Assembly (NCBI GenBank): GCA_964373165.1 | Contig: CAYJTF010000003.1 | Span: 1 to 46,122, forward strand | DNA length: 46,122 nt | Source of the DNA: an uncultured archaeon | Lineage (GTDB): Archaea > Aenigmatarchaeota > Aenigmatarchaeia > CG10238-14 | Direction: 5' to 3' | Shown here: positions 8,781 to 17,548 of the stretch, piece by piece | Layout of the letters: every line of letters starts with the position of its first letter | Numbering within the stretch: the stretch's first letter is position 1 | The notes under the pieces: model-generated | Databases searched by the model: none | Told to the model about the DNA's origin: nothing | The model's input: the letters and a program-made list of their open reading frames with translations, nothing else | Program-made: the position numbers and the translations under genes

Positions 8781-10019
8781 TCATAAAAATGACTGTTTGG
8801 GTAACTTTTCATGGATTTTTATTACATCTAGTTCAATTTTCTTTACTTTGTTGTCTAATAGATCAGCTACATTAGGCGTAGTTCTTCCTTCATCCCCTGT
8901 AATGAGTTCTTTTATGTATAAGCCGGATTGAGAAGTTATTTTGAGTTCAATCTTCTTACTGTCTAGTTTTTTAAATTTGATATCCTTCACGAGTCTTCTT
9001 CTTAGCTTATCAGTTCTTCTTCTTATGACTCTTACAGGGGTATTTTGCGATATAACAGTGTTTTTTAATCCAGCTAATTTGTTAAGATTTTTTATTTCAC
9101 TATCAAAAGTTATGGTTGCCAGATATGTTTTGTCATGTTTTACTGTTTTTATGTCTCTAACAACGTTTTTGTTGGTATATCTTAACTCTTTGACCTTCAC
9201 TTTACTCGATTTATTTATCTCTTTTTCTATTTTTTTCAGATCAAAATATCTTCTTATAGGATTGAGTATTTCTATTACAAATGGTCTCCATCCCATACAT
9301 CTGACATCTATGTCTTCTCTCCCTTCTCCATGGAAACTTGTATCCACAGTTTTTGAATGTTTTAATAAAGGTTTAGCTATGATTTCTTGCACGGACGTTT
9401 TATAGATTTTTCTTTTCCATTTAGTTTGAGGTATGCCGCGAACTAATTTTTGGTATTTGCCAAAAATATATAATGATCTGACTTGTAATTTAACTGAATT
9501 CCTTTGAAAATCATAGAGTATAGTGATATCCGGATTTTTCCTATCCATTTCCTTTTTCATAATTTTACATATTTCTTTACCTAACTCTCTATTCACTTCT
9601 GTTCTGATTGATTCTACCCATTCCACGCCTATCTTGTTCCATAATTCTTGTTCTATCTCTAACAAATTTGAGGGTAAGTTTGTACCGATAAGCAGTGTCT
9701 TAAACTCATATTTTTGCAATTGCTTAATAAGTGGTTTTACTTTTTTTTTTAATATTTTGAAAAGATTGTTGCAAAGAGAGCATTTGCCAGACTCTTTAGT
9801 CTTAACTTTGATATTTCTAAATTCAATTCCAAAAAAATTTGATTCATTAACATTAACATTTTCTCCAGAATCCACTAAGAATGCCAAATATCTCCTAATA
9901 GTTTCGCCTCTTTGCTCATTAGTTAATCCCGTGAGCAATGCGCCGAATCCTCTTCCTAAACAATTATCGCATACAAACCTGTCTTTCATAATTGCTATTG
10001 CTTTCTCTTTAATGTCCAT
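8781..10019 (-). CDS. pus10: tRNA pseudouridine(54/55) synthase Pus10
   Basis: 412 aa. N-terminal zinc motif 'CDNCLGR ... CSLCNN', a THUMP-like middle region, and a C-terminal catalytic domain with 'GREDIDVRCMG' and 'YIKELITGDEGRTTPN'. Confidence 0.8.
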   Translation of the reverse strand: MDIKEKAIAIMKDRFVCDNCLGRGFGALLTGLTNEQRGETIRRYLAFLVDSGENVNVNESNFFGIEFRNIKVKTKESGKCSLCNNLFKILKKKVKPLIKQLQKYEFKTLLIGTNLPSNLLEIEQELWNKIGVEWVESIRTEVNRELGKEICKIMKKEMDRKNPDITILYDFQRNSVKLQVRSLYIFGKYQKLVRGIPQTKWKRKIYKTSVQEIIAKPLLKHSKTVDTSFHGEGREDIDVRCMGWRPFVIEILNPIRRYFDLKKIEKEINKSSKVKVKELRYTNKNVVRDIKTVKHDKTYLATITFDSEIKNLNKLAGLKNTVISQNTPVRVIRRRTDKLRRRLVKDIKFKKLDSKKIELKITSQSGLYIKELITGDEGRTTPNVADLLDNKVKKIELDVIKIHEKLPKQSFL

Positions 10020-10607
10020 TTAAATGCCTCTTCTATCTAATTCGTTATTTATTACAGCTATGACAGTTGAAGATAAATAAACATTGGGGCCGACCGATAT
10101 TTTTTCAACACTAAGTTTATCTAGTAAATTCTTCGTTTTCTCGTCTATCCCGATATGATCGCCTAGAATGCAACAAAAATTTTCTTTAAATCCGAATCCT
10201 CTTATGTCAACACCCGAAGGATCGAGATAAATCAATTGCGTATTTTCGCGCTTGCTACTTATTAGCTCTTTGAAATTTTTTTTCATTATAATAACACCCG
10301 GTTCTGACTCTACGGTGCCTCCAAATTCATTGAATTTGTTAATAGCAATTTTTATATGAGACGCAATATTTCTTTCATCAGGAGAAAACCTCTTAATTTT
10401 TGACGAATCTAATTCTATTGTTAGCGACGGGTTAGGCTTACCTTCTAATACTATATACATTTTTGTATTTTTTCTTAAACCATCGGAGATCCAAAAAGCA
10501 GAATTTATTGATCTACAAACAACATCCATTCTGCCAGCTCCAGGCAGATCGTTTAGGGAAAAATCTGCAGTGGTTGCTAATGATGCTTTTAGAATGAATT
10601 CTTTCAT
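10020..10607 (-). CDS. trmY: tRNA (pseudouridine54-N1)-methyltransferase TrmY (SPOUT/DUF358)
   Basis: 195 aa. 'DLPGAGRMDVVCRSINSAFWIS' and 'ILGDHIGI' are typical of DUF358/TrmY. It abuts pus10 with no spacer. Confidence 0.7.
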   Translation of the reverse strand: MKEFILKASLATTADFSLNDLPGAGRMDVVCRSINSAFWISDGLRKNTKMYIVLEGKPNPSLTIELDSSKIKRFSPDERNIASHIKIAINKFNEFGGTVESEPGVIIMKKNFKELISSKRENTQLIYLDPSGVDIRGFGFKENFCCILGDHIGIDEKTKNLLDKLSVEKISVGPNVYLSSTVIAVINNELDRRGI

Positions 10608-10629
10608 TGGTTAACCTCAATTTAAGAAA

Positions 10630-11949
10630 TTATATTTTCAATCCAAATTTCTTTGCCAATTTTGCTAGTTGGCCTCTTTTTAATCCGCCCATGCCGCCTA
10701 TTTTCTTAATTAATTTTTTGGATTGTTCGAATTGCTTCAGTAAATCTCTAACATCTTTTTCAGACGTTCCTGATCCCTTAGCGACTCTTTTGATTCTTGA
10801 AGCATGAATTATTTCTGGTTTTTCTTTTTCTTCATGTGTCATTGAATCTATGATATATTTGAATTTTTTCATTTTTGTTTCTTGCAACTGCATCAAATTT
10901 TCTGGAACATTATGCCCCAGTCCGGGTATCATTTCCATGACTCCAGATAATGGTCCCATTTTCTCCATACCGACCAGTTGATCATAAAAATCTTTCAGAG
11001 TGAATTTACCAGATAATAGTTTCTCCGCATCTTCTTCTTTGAATTCCGCATCTTTTACCTTTTCAATTAGCGCTTGCAGATCACCCATTCCAAGTAGTCT
11101 TGAAACAAATCTTACAGGATCATAAGATTCTAAATCTTCAATTTTCTCTCCCGTTCCAATGAATTTCACCTTTGCCTTAGTGATAGAACAAGATGACAAT
11201 GCTCCACCACCTTTTGCTGTGCCGTCTGTTTTTGTGACAATAACTCCAGTAACACCTACTAATTTATGGAATTCTTCTGCTTGCTTCCCGACAGTTCTGC
11301 CGAGGTCGGCGGGTATAACGAGCAAAGTTTCGCTTGGCTGAAATATCTTGTATAACTCTTTCAGTTCTTCTGCTAATTCATTGTCCAAGGCGTTTCTACC
11401 TGCGGTATCGACGATTATGACATCATATTTTTCAAATTTTCCCAGACCTTCTTTTACTGCATTATAAGGATTTTTATCGTCATTGATATGAACTGGAACA
11501 TGAAGTTTATCACCCAGTTGTTGTAATTGTTGCGGTGCGGCAGGTCTGTGGTAATCACATGCTATCATGGCAGGTTTCAGCCCTTGCTTTTGGAAAAATT
11601 TTGCAAGTTTAGCCGTGGTAGTTGTTTTACCAGAACCAAAGAGACCCACCATCATAATTCTTTTTTTGCCCAGCAATTCCGCCCTTTCTTTTCCTAGGAG
11701 ATTAGTTATTTCTTCATAAACTACCTTCATAACATGTTCTCTTATTGTGAGCCCAGTCGATATTTTTTCCTGAATACATCTTTTTCTTATAGTGTTAGAT
11801 AGGTCATAAACAAGTTTTACATCGACATCTGCTTGCAACAGGATTCTCTGCAAGCCTTTCACTATTTCTTCTATAGCTTCTCTGTCAATACTAGATCTGG
11901 TCAAAACCTTTTTAATTAAATCGGTTATACCTTTACCAAAATTCAGCAT
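10630..11949 (-). CDS. srp54: signal recognition particle protein SRP54
   Basis: N domain, then G domain with 'GLFGSGKTTT', 'DTAGR' and 'TKTDG', then a Met-rich M domain 'MEKMGPLSGVMEMIPGLG'. Confidence 0.9.
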   Translation of the reverse strand: MLNFGKGITDLIKKVLTRSSIDREAIEEIVKGLQRILLQADVDVKLVYDLSNTIRKRCIQEKISTGLTIREHVMKVVYEEITNLLGKERAELLGKKRIMMVGLFGSGKTTTTAKLAKFFQKQGLKPAMIACDYHRPAAPQQLQQLGDKLHVPVHINDDKNPYNAVKEGLGKFEKYDVIIVDTAGRNALDNELAEELKELYKIFQPSETLLVIPADLGRTVGKQAEEFHKLVGVTGVIVTKTDGTAKGGGALSSCSITKAKVKFIGTGEKIEDLESYDPVRFVSRLLGMGDLQALIEKVKDAEFKEEDAEKLLSGKFTLKDFYDQLVGMEKMGPLSGVMEMIPGLGHNVPENLMQLQETKMKKFKYIIDSMTHEEKEKPEIIHASRIKRVAKGSGTSEKDVRDLLKQFEQSKKLIKKIGGMGGLKRGQLAKLAKKFGLKI

Positions 11950-11999
11950 ATTTCTCTATGATAAATATAAAGTGGTTTTTTTAAACTTATAGATTTGAT

Positions 12000-12290
12000 T
12001 TATGAAATACGCTTATTTTTATGGGCATATTTCAGCCATAATTTTTTAAAGAACGGTAAAGTTAGAGTGGATATCATAAATCCCAAAGTAGGGACGATAG
12101 CATTTATCCAAGGTTTAAGTATATTTATTGAATTCAAGTACAACCCGATTGCTAAATATGTAAATATTGAGAGCAAAATCCTTCTCGTATAACTTGTTTC
12201 CCAGGCTTTATCGTTCTCAACTTTCTTATTTCTTTCTTCTATTTTCTCTACTCTTTGTTCCAGTTCCTTTAAATTAGGCATTGAACTCAC
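12000..12290 (-). CDS. hypothetical small membrane protein (N-terminal coiled coil plus 2 TM) between ftsY and srp54
   Basis: 'NLKELEQRVEKIEERNKKVEND' followed by two hydrophobic helices. The GTG at 12290 overlaps the ftsY stop; the first ATG is at 12281. Confidence 0.4.
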   Translation of the reverse strand: MSSMPNLKELEQRVEKIEERNKKVENDKAWETSYTRRILLSIFTYLAIGLYLNSINILKPWINAIVPTLGFMISTLTLPFFKKLWLKYAHKNKRIS

Positions 12291-13318
12291 AATAAATTTT
12301 CTGCAATTTTATTAGGGTTGTATTTTTCAAAATTTTCATATTCTTGACCTATTCCCAGAAATAATATTGGTTTTTTAAGAACATATGCCGCTGACAATAT
12401 GCCACCACCCTTTTCAACTACATCTACTTTAGTCAGGATCAAAGCATCAACACCTACAGCTTTATCGTACATTTCGCATTGGCTGATAATATCATTTCCT
12501 GTTAAACTATCTAACACAAGAATTTTTAAATCAGATTTATTTACTCTACAAACCTTTTCTAACTGGTCCATCAAATTTTTATTTACATGTGTTCTTCCAG
12601 CAGTGTCTGCTAGTACGACATTTATGTTATGCGATTCTGCATGTTTAACTGCATCAAATACAACAGCTGCAGGATCAGCTCCGTATTGATGTTTTATAAC
12701 CTTTACTCTTAGTTTATTGGCGTGTTCTTCTAATTGTTCTATTGAGGCAGCTCTGAATGAATCCCCTGCTGCAAAAACAACTGAATATTTCTTGTCTATG
12801 AGCCATTTTGCAAATTTAGCCAGACTAGTTGTTTTTCCGCTACCATTAAATCCAAGAAAAATAAATAAGGCAGGTTTACCTTCACTTCTTTTTTTATGTA
12901 TTATTTTTTCTAAATCAATTTCAGGTGTTGTTAAAACCTCTAATAAACTGTTTCTGAAACTATTTTCTATCACTTCCTTTACTTGTGTTCTTTTCGTGTC
13001 TTTTCCTAATAAACTATTTTTTAAATCTTCTTTGAATTTGTCAATAACGCTAACAGCTACATCAGCTTCAAGTAAGTCAATTTCAACTTGATTGAAAATA
13101 TTATTAACGTCGTCTTCTGTTATTTGCCTTTCTGTAACCTTTTTGAATATTCTTTCCGCAACTTCCTTTACTGTCGTTTTTTTTTCTTTAACTTCCTTCT
13201 CTCTCTTTTCTTTTTTCGGTTTTGATTTATTCTCTTTTGTAACCATTTTTGTTACAGAAGAAACAACATTACTGATTTTTTTCTTTAGAAAATCAAACAT
13301 ACTATCTACTTTTTTCAA
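12287..13318 (-). CDS. ftsY: signal recognition particle receptor FtsY
   Basis: K/E-rich N-terminal region, then an NG domain with 'GFNGSGKTTS', 'DTAGR' and 'TKVD'. The alternative start at 13300 ('MFDFLKKK') would remove the overlap with pfdA. Confidence 0.9.
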   Translation of the reverse strand: MKKVDSMFDFLKKKISNVVSSVTKMVTKENKSKPKKEKREKEVKEKKTTVKEVAERIFKKVTERQITEDDVNNIFNQVEIDLLEADVAVSVIDKFKEDLKNSLLGKDTKRTQVKEVIENSFRNSLLEVLTTPEIDLEKIIHKKRSEGKPALFIFLGFNGSGKTTSLAKFAKWLIDKKYSVVFAAGDSFRAASIEQLEEHANKLRVKVIKHQYGADPAAVVFDAVKHAESHNINVVLADTAGRTHVNKNLMDQLEKVCRVNKSDLKILVLDSLTGNDIISQCEMYDKAVGVDALILTKVDVVEKGGGILSAAYVLKKPILFLGIGQEYENFEKYNPNKIAENLL

Positions 13319-13712
13319 TTATGGCTTTTACTTCGGGTTGGAGTTCGGATAATTCTCCAGCATATTTTATTATCTCATCTTCAAAGACTTCTATTGTAGC
13401 TTCTGTTTCCTTTTTATATTCATCAACGGTTTTTTTGGCATCATCTAAGGTTGTATCTGTGGCGATATTCCCTCCGATCATCATCAGAATTTTATTATTT
13501 TCAGATAATTTTGCAGAAATATATACGCCAGAACCTAAAGACAACATTATTTCGCCTTCCTTTGAGTTTTCTATATTTTCTAATGCTTCCAAAGTAGACT
13601 GAATTTCTACCATTCTATTTAGGAACATTTCCCTTCTGTTGTTCATCATTTCCATCCTTTTTTGTAACTGCTGATATCTCATAATTTTCTGTTGCATTTC
13701 TTTTTGATCCAT
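13302..13712 (-). CDS. pfdA: prefoldin alpha subunit
   Basis: 136 aa. Coiled coil, central beta-hairpin region 'LSLGSGVYISAKL...ILMMIGGNI', then coiled coil. This is the typical prefoldin alpha layout. Confidence 0.7.
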   Translation of the reverse strand: MDQKEMQQKIMRYQQLQKRMEMMNNRREMFLNRMVEIQSTLEALENIENSKEGEIMLSLGSGVYISAKLSENNKILMMIGGNIATDTTLDDAKKTVDEYKKETEATIEVFEDEIIKYAGELSELQPEVKAIIEKSR

Positions 13713-13766
13713 GACAATCTATACTCAACAAACATTAAAATACTTTCCGAGAACGATTATTTTAGA

Positions 13767-13838
13767 TGGGTCCAACCAGAATTGAACTGGTCTCTCGGCC
13801 TTGTAAGGGCCGCGTCCTGACCGATAGACTATGGACCC
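13767..13838 (-). tRNA. tRNA-Val (anticodon UAC)
   Basis: The reverse complement GGGTCCA-TA-GTCT-ATCGGTCA-GGAC-G-CGGCC-CTTACAA-GGCCG-AGAG-ACCAG-TTCAATT-CTGGT-TGGACCC is a full cloverleaf with no intron. Confidence 0.85.
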
Positions 13839-13902
13839 GCTATCAAATACTAGTCAGGTATATGTTTAAAACTTTAATTGCTTTTCTAATATTAGTGATA
13901 TT

Positions 13903-14148
13903 GTGTTCAAAAATAAAGAAGAAACATTTAACTATAATCCAGAAAAATTTAGAATTAACGTTCAAGCTAAATCAGACAACATGGAAAAATTTGAAGAAGT
14001 GATGAAACAGATAGACACCGTCTCCAAATATCTTTCCCATCTTTCGAAAAAAGTTGACGATATTCTTGTTCTGGCTAGACTCCAAGATGAAAAAATAAAA
14101 GATTTGGAGAGTAGAATAGAGGCTTTGACAGCTAGAGAGTTAGAATAA
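13903..14148 (+). CDS. hypothetical small coiled-coil protein
   Basis: ORF with a heptad-like C-terminus, 'LSKKVDDILVLARLQDEKIKDLESRIEALTARELE'. The start is uncertain (GTG at 13903 or ATG at 13981). Confidence 0.35.
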   Translation: MFKNKEETFNYNPEKFRINVQAKSDNMEKFEEVMKQIDTVSKYLSHLSKKVDDILVLARLQDEKIKDLESRIEALTARELE

Positions 14149-14159
14149 TTTTTCATTAA

Positions 14160-14651
14160 TTAATACTTTTTAAGTTCAGAAATTTTATCTGGCAGATGAT
14201 CAATTCCACTAAATTCTTTTACAACAATCGATTTTATTCTCCGTTTAATTTCTGGTTTAACGAAAGTTATTGTCATTTCTTTCTCTCCACCAATGCTTTC
14301 ACAGTCATCTTCGATTAATATATCCGGAACAAGTCTTTCAGCAATATCTTTGTAAATTCCTTCTTTTCGGCGATAAAAAATATGTCCTTTAGGAAAATCA
14401 TACTTTTTTAAAACTAGTTTATCTTTTTTTACATCTTCTGCTGTTTGATGGGAACTCAGATATAAAATTTCTGCTCCCTGTTTTTGCCACGCTTTCAACT
14501 TTTTAACAGCATTACCAACAGGGATATATGAAGAATAGTCGTGAACAGATTCGTCATTATTCAAAGCTTGGATTACTCTTTCTTCTCGATTTTTACCTTC
14601 TGCGTTTTTATGCATAATTAGAGTGCCATGTAAGAACACTAAAATTTTCAT
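14160..14651 (-). CDS. HAD-fold-like protein with degenerate motif I
   Basis: The start was moved to the ATG at 14651 because 14667-14761 is a tRNA. 'MKILVFLHGTL' resembles HAD motif I but lacks the DxD aspartates. 'LYLSSH' and 'LIEDDCES' resemble motifs II and IV. Confidence 0.4.
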   Translation of the reverse strand: MKILVFLHGTLIMHKNAEGKNREERVIQALNNDESVHDYSSYIPVGNAVKKLKAWQKQGAEILYLSSHQTAEDVKKDKLVLKKYDFPKGHIFYRRKEGIYKDIAERLVPDILIEDDCESIGGEKEMTITFVKPEIKRRIKSIVVKEFSGIDHLPDKISELKKY

Positions 14652-14666
14652 TTTATCACCAAATAT

Positions 14667-14761
14667 TAGCGAAGCGTGGATTTGAACCACGGACCTCAGG
14701 GTTATGAGCCCTGCGAGCACTCCATTACAGTCCATTTTTTGGATGGCTGCTCCACTTCGCT
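14667..14761 (-). tRNA. initiator tRNA-Met (anticodon CAU) with a ~20-nt intron in the D-loop
   Basis: A1:U72 acceptor AGCGAAG/CTTCGCT. Anticodon stem CAGGG/CCCTG carries three G:C pairs next to loop CTCATAA. T arm CGTGG-TTCAAAT-CCACG. The D stem GAGC/GCTC encloses 30 nt instead of about 10. Confidence 0.75.
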
Positions 14762-14785
14762 ATGTCTTAACATATGAATAGTTAA

Positions 14786-15859
14786 TCACTTAAAAACCTT
14801 TCTTTTCACTAAAGAAATGTAAACCTTTCTTCCTCTTGACCCTTCTCTGGTTTTTCTTTCTTTTATGATTCCAGAATTTTTTAGATAATTCAAATGTTTT
14901 CTAAAAGCCACATGACTAATGTTTCCATATTTTTTCGAGTATATTTCTCTAAGATTTGTTGATGTTATATCATCTCCTGTTTCCAACAAATCAACAATAC
15001 TTCTATCAACACCTTCTACGTTTCCTTTTATTATACTCATTTTTACGGATTTCACTGTAAGTAATATACTTTTTACATGATAAACAGTAATTTTTTCAGA
15101 ATTATCATCTTCAGCTAATCTGCTAGCTTTTCTTAAACACTCCAACCCAACTCTAACGTCTCCACCTCTAGTTATAGCGTGATTGGCGCATAATAAGACT
15201 ACACCATCTTCTACAACGCCACCTTTGAAGGCGTCTTTGCACCTTTCATTTAATATACTTTTCATTTCATCTAGTGTATATGGTTTAAATGATATTTCTT
15301 CTAGATCCAAACTGCTCATAATTCTCGGTTCCAAATTGAGAAAGATATTTTTGTAGTTAGAAATGGCAACTATTCCTATAGGATTTTCCACATACTGATT
15401 CAATCTTAATAAATCATACAAAGCCCCCTCATCTTTCTTTATCAACTGATCTATCTCATCCAAACAAATAATCACTCCTTTATTTACTTTTTTTAATCCA
15501 TCGACTAGCCTTTCTATTATTTCGTCTTTTGATATTCCTCTTCTTTGTACAAATATTCCCAACTCTGTAGTTATTTTCGTCAATAATGCGGAAGAGGTGC
15601 TGTAATCCCAAGTGTTGATATAAACCGATCTGATTCCAGAGTATTCTTCAAACTGTTTGAACACAAATTTTATGGAAGCAGTTTTCCCTATTCCTGGGGG
15701 TCCGTTTATGAATATATTTTGTGGTTTTCGCCCTCTGCTTGCAGGTTCTAAATTTTTAGCTATAAATTGTATTTGCGATTCTCTGTGTGGTAATATTTCT
15801 GGCATAAATTCTGTAGATAGGGCATTTTCATTTTTTATTATTTTAGAATCAATCTGCAT
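14786..15859 (-). CDS. cdc6: Orc1/Cdc6 replication initiator (AAA+ plus C-terminal winged helix)
   Basis: 'HRESQIQFIAKNL', Walker A 'GPPGIGKTAS', Walker B 'ICLDEID', and a C-terminal wHTH 'HLNYLKNSGIIKERK'. Confidence 0.85.
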   Translation of the reverse strand: MQIDSKIIKNENALSTEFMPEILPHRESQIQFIAKNLEPASRGRKPQNIFINGPPGIGKTASIKFVFKQFEEYSGIRSVYINTWDYSTSSALLTKITTELGIFVQRRGISKDEIIERLVDGLKKVNKGVIICLDEIDQLIKKDEGALYDLLRLNQYVENPIGIVAISNYKNIFLNLEPRIMSSLDLEEISFKPYTLDEMKSILNERCKDAFKGGVVEDGVVLLCANHAITRGGDVRVGLECLRKASRLAEDDNSEKITVYHVKSILLTVKSVKMSIIKGNVEGVDRSIVDLLETGDDITSTNLREIYSKKYGNISHVAFRKHLNYLKNSGIIKERKTREGSRGRKVYISLVKRKVFK

Positions 15860-15880
15860 ACTTAAATTATTAGTAAATAA

Positions 15881-17542
15881 TTATTTTATAGCGTTACTCA
15901 ATAGTTTACTTATCTCTTCTCTGCCCCTCTGAATTATATAGCTTCCTAGTCTAGGTCCTCTGTTTTGCCTCAAAATTATTTGGTAAATTACTGTAAAAAA
16001 TCTTATAGGTTTGATGTCGTGTTTTTTCGCTGTTTCAAATATTTTTATTTGTAGTTTTTCTTCATCGTTTTCATGTTTTATTATTTCTATCAATTCTTTC
16101 AATGCTTCTTTTTCTTGGTTTGAAATAAGTGTCTCTGAAATTTCAGATTTTTCGAAATCTTCAACCCATTTTTTAGTAAATTCAAGATAATTTTTCAAAA
16201 AGTTTTGGTCTATTTTCATATTTTCTTTCAAATATCCAAATTCTTTTAATTTGTTCTCAGTAAATTCAAGTTGATTTTTTTCTGGCAATATTTTGGCTAT
16301 TTCTACCATTACTCTGTATGGGATGAAAATACCTGATACTTCTGGTTTTTTCAATAGATTTATGTATTCGAACAATCTTTTCTCATTAAACTCATCCCTC
16401 TTATTTTCAACTTTTTTTATTTTTCTAAAAACCTTTTCTAGTTCTTGGACGTCGTCCATATAAGTTGGTATATCTATTACATTTACTTCTCTGGTGCCTT
16501 CGGGTCTTCTCAACATTAGTAAGATTAAACTTTCTACACTGGCATATCTGTACCAAACTTGCGGCGAAAGCACGTTCCCCACAGATTTGGATATTTTTTT
16601 TCCACTTTTATCTAAAAACATTTCATACATAAAATGTAAAGGCGGTTCCCATTTGAATATTTGTCTACCTATTTCATCGTTTACTTTTACTGAGTCTAAT
16701 ATATCTTTTCCGAAGGGTTCAAACAAAATTTTCAAGGCGTGCCATCTAGCAGCAAATTCCACCTTCCAGCTTAATTTGCCAGTTCCGTTAAAGTAGCTCG
16801 CTTCATCTTTATGTCCGCATCCTTTTATTAGAATTTTTTGTCCATTATTAGAATTTTTTCCTGTGAACTCTTGATCGCATACATATAGAATTTTGTGTTC
16901 TTTCTGTAGTAGTTCATATGATCTGGTTGTATAAATTTTTCCACATTGTTCACACACGGGAAAATATGGTAAACTTTTTTTGAATTTTTCTTGGCCTAAA
17001 ATATCTTTGAGAATTTTTCCAGCCAAATCTGCATTTGATAGAATGGTTTCTATATCTTGATTCAATACACCTTTTCTATAATCCTCTGTGGCTGAGTGAT
17101 GATCATATTCTATCCCAGTTTTATCTACAGCATCTAACAACAAAGAGCTCATGTGGTGACCGTAACTATCATGACATTTATCAAACGGATCTGGTATGTT
17201 AGTTACAGGAACGCCGATATATTTTTCTAGCCAATCTGGTAATCCTAATGGCACTTTTCTTAACCCGTCTCTGTCATCAGAATACGGGATTAATTCAGAT
17301 TTTGCACCGGCATCTTTTAATGCTAACGCAACTCCATTAGCTCTGATAACATCCCCAAAACTTCCAATATGTGGAATTCCGCTAGCACCGAGACCTGACT
17401 CACACCTGAAAACTTTTATTCCTCTTTTTAGACTTTTTTCTCTTTCAATAACTTTTCTTGCCCAGCTATCTAGCCAAAACTCATATTTTTTTTGTTTCAT
17501 CCTCTCTTCAATATTTTTATGTTCTATATTCATATTGTTCAC
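15881..17542 (-). CDS. lysK: lysyl-tRNA synthetase, class I
   Basis: About 550 aa. HIGH-type motif 'SGIPHIGSFGD' and KMSKS-type motif 'GKKISKSVGN'. The first ATG is at 17533; a GTG lies at 17542. Confidence 0.85.
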   Translation of the reverse strand: MNNMNIEHKNIEERMKQKKYEFWLDSWARKVIEREKSLKRGIKVFRCESGLGASGIPHIGSFGDVIRANGVALALKDAGAKSELIPYSDDRDGLRKVPLGLPDWLEKYIGVPVTNIPDPFDKCHDSYGHHMSSLLLDAVDKTGIEYDHHSATEDYRKGVLNQDIETILSNADLAGKILKDILGQEKFKKSLPYFPVCEQCGKIYTTRSYELLQKEHKILYVCDQEFTGKNSNNGQKILIKGCGHKDEASYFNGTGKLSWKVEFAARWHALKILFEPFGKDILDSVKVNDEIGRQIFKWEPPLHFMYEMFLDKSGKKISKSVGNVLSPQVWYRYASVESLILLMLRRPEGTREVNVIDIPTYMDDVQELEKVFRKIKKVENKRDEFNEKRLFEYINLLKKPEVSGIFIPYRVMVEIAKILPEKNQLEFTENKLKEFGYLKENMKIDQNFLKNYLEFTKKWVEDFEKSEISETLISNQEKEALKELIEIIKHENDEEKLQIKIFETAKKHDIKPIRFFTVIYQIILRQNRGPRLGSYIIQRGREEISKLLSNAIK

Positions 17543-17548
17543 CTTTAG

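Noticed and set aside
9741-9750. T10 homopolymer (A10 in the pus10 coding strand) as a possible frameshift or phase-variation site.
   Set aside because: The frame is intact and it simply encodes a Lys run (LKKKVKP). Such runs are expected at this base composition.
13766-14002. Plus-strand ORFs 13766-14002, 39115-39321 and 17196-17612 beginning inside tRNA sequences.
   Set aside because: Their N-termini ('MGPTRIELVS', 'MGQPRFELGS', '...GFGAIRTHGQ') are translations of the complement of tRNA-Val, tRNA-Pro and tRNA-Lys. They are not genes.
14652-14735. N-terminal extension of ORF 14160-14735 ('MDCNGVLAGLITLRSVVQIHASLIFGDK').
   Set aside because: This segment is the antisense or overlap reading of the initiator tRNA gene (14667-14761). 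The ATG at 14651 gives a sensible start.
14762-15880. Replication origin (ORB/mini-ORB repeats) next to orc1/cdc6.
   Set aside because: The spacers flanking orc1 are only 24 nt and 21 nt. In the nearest long spacer (17648-18115) I saw only a loose 'CGAAGGA' duplication (about 17721 and about 17961) and no convincing repeated ORB-like elements.
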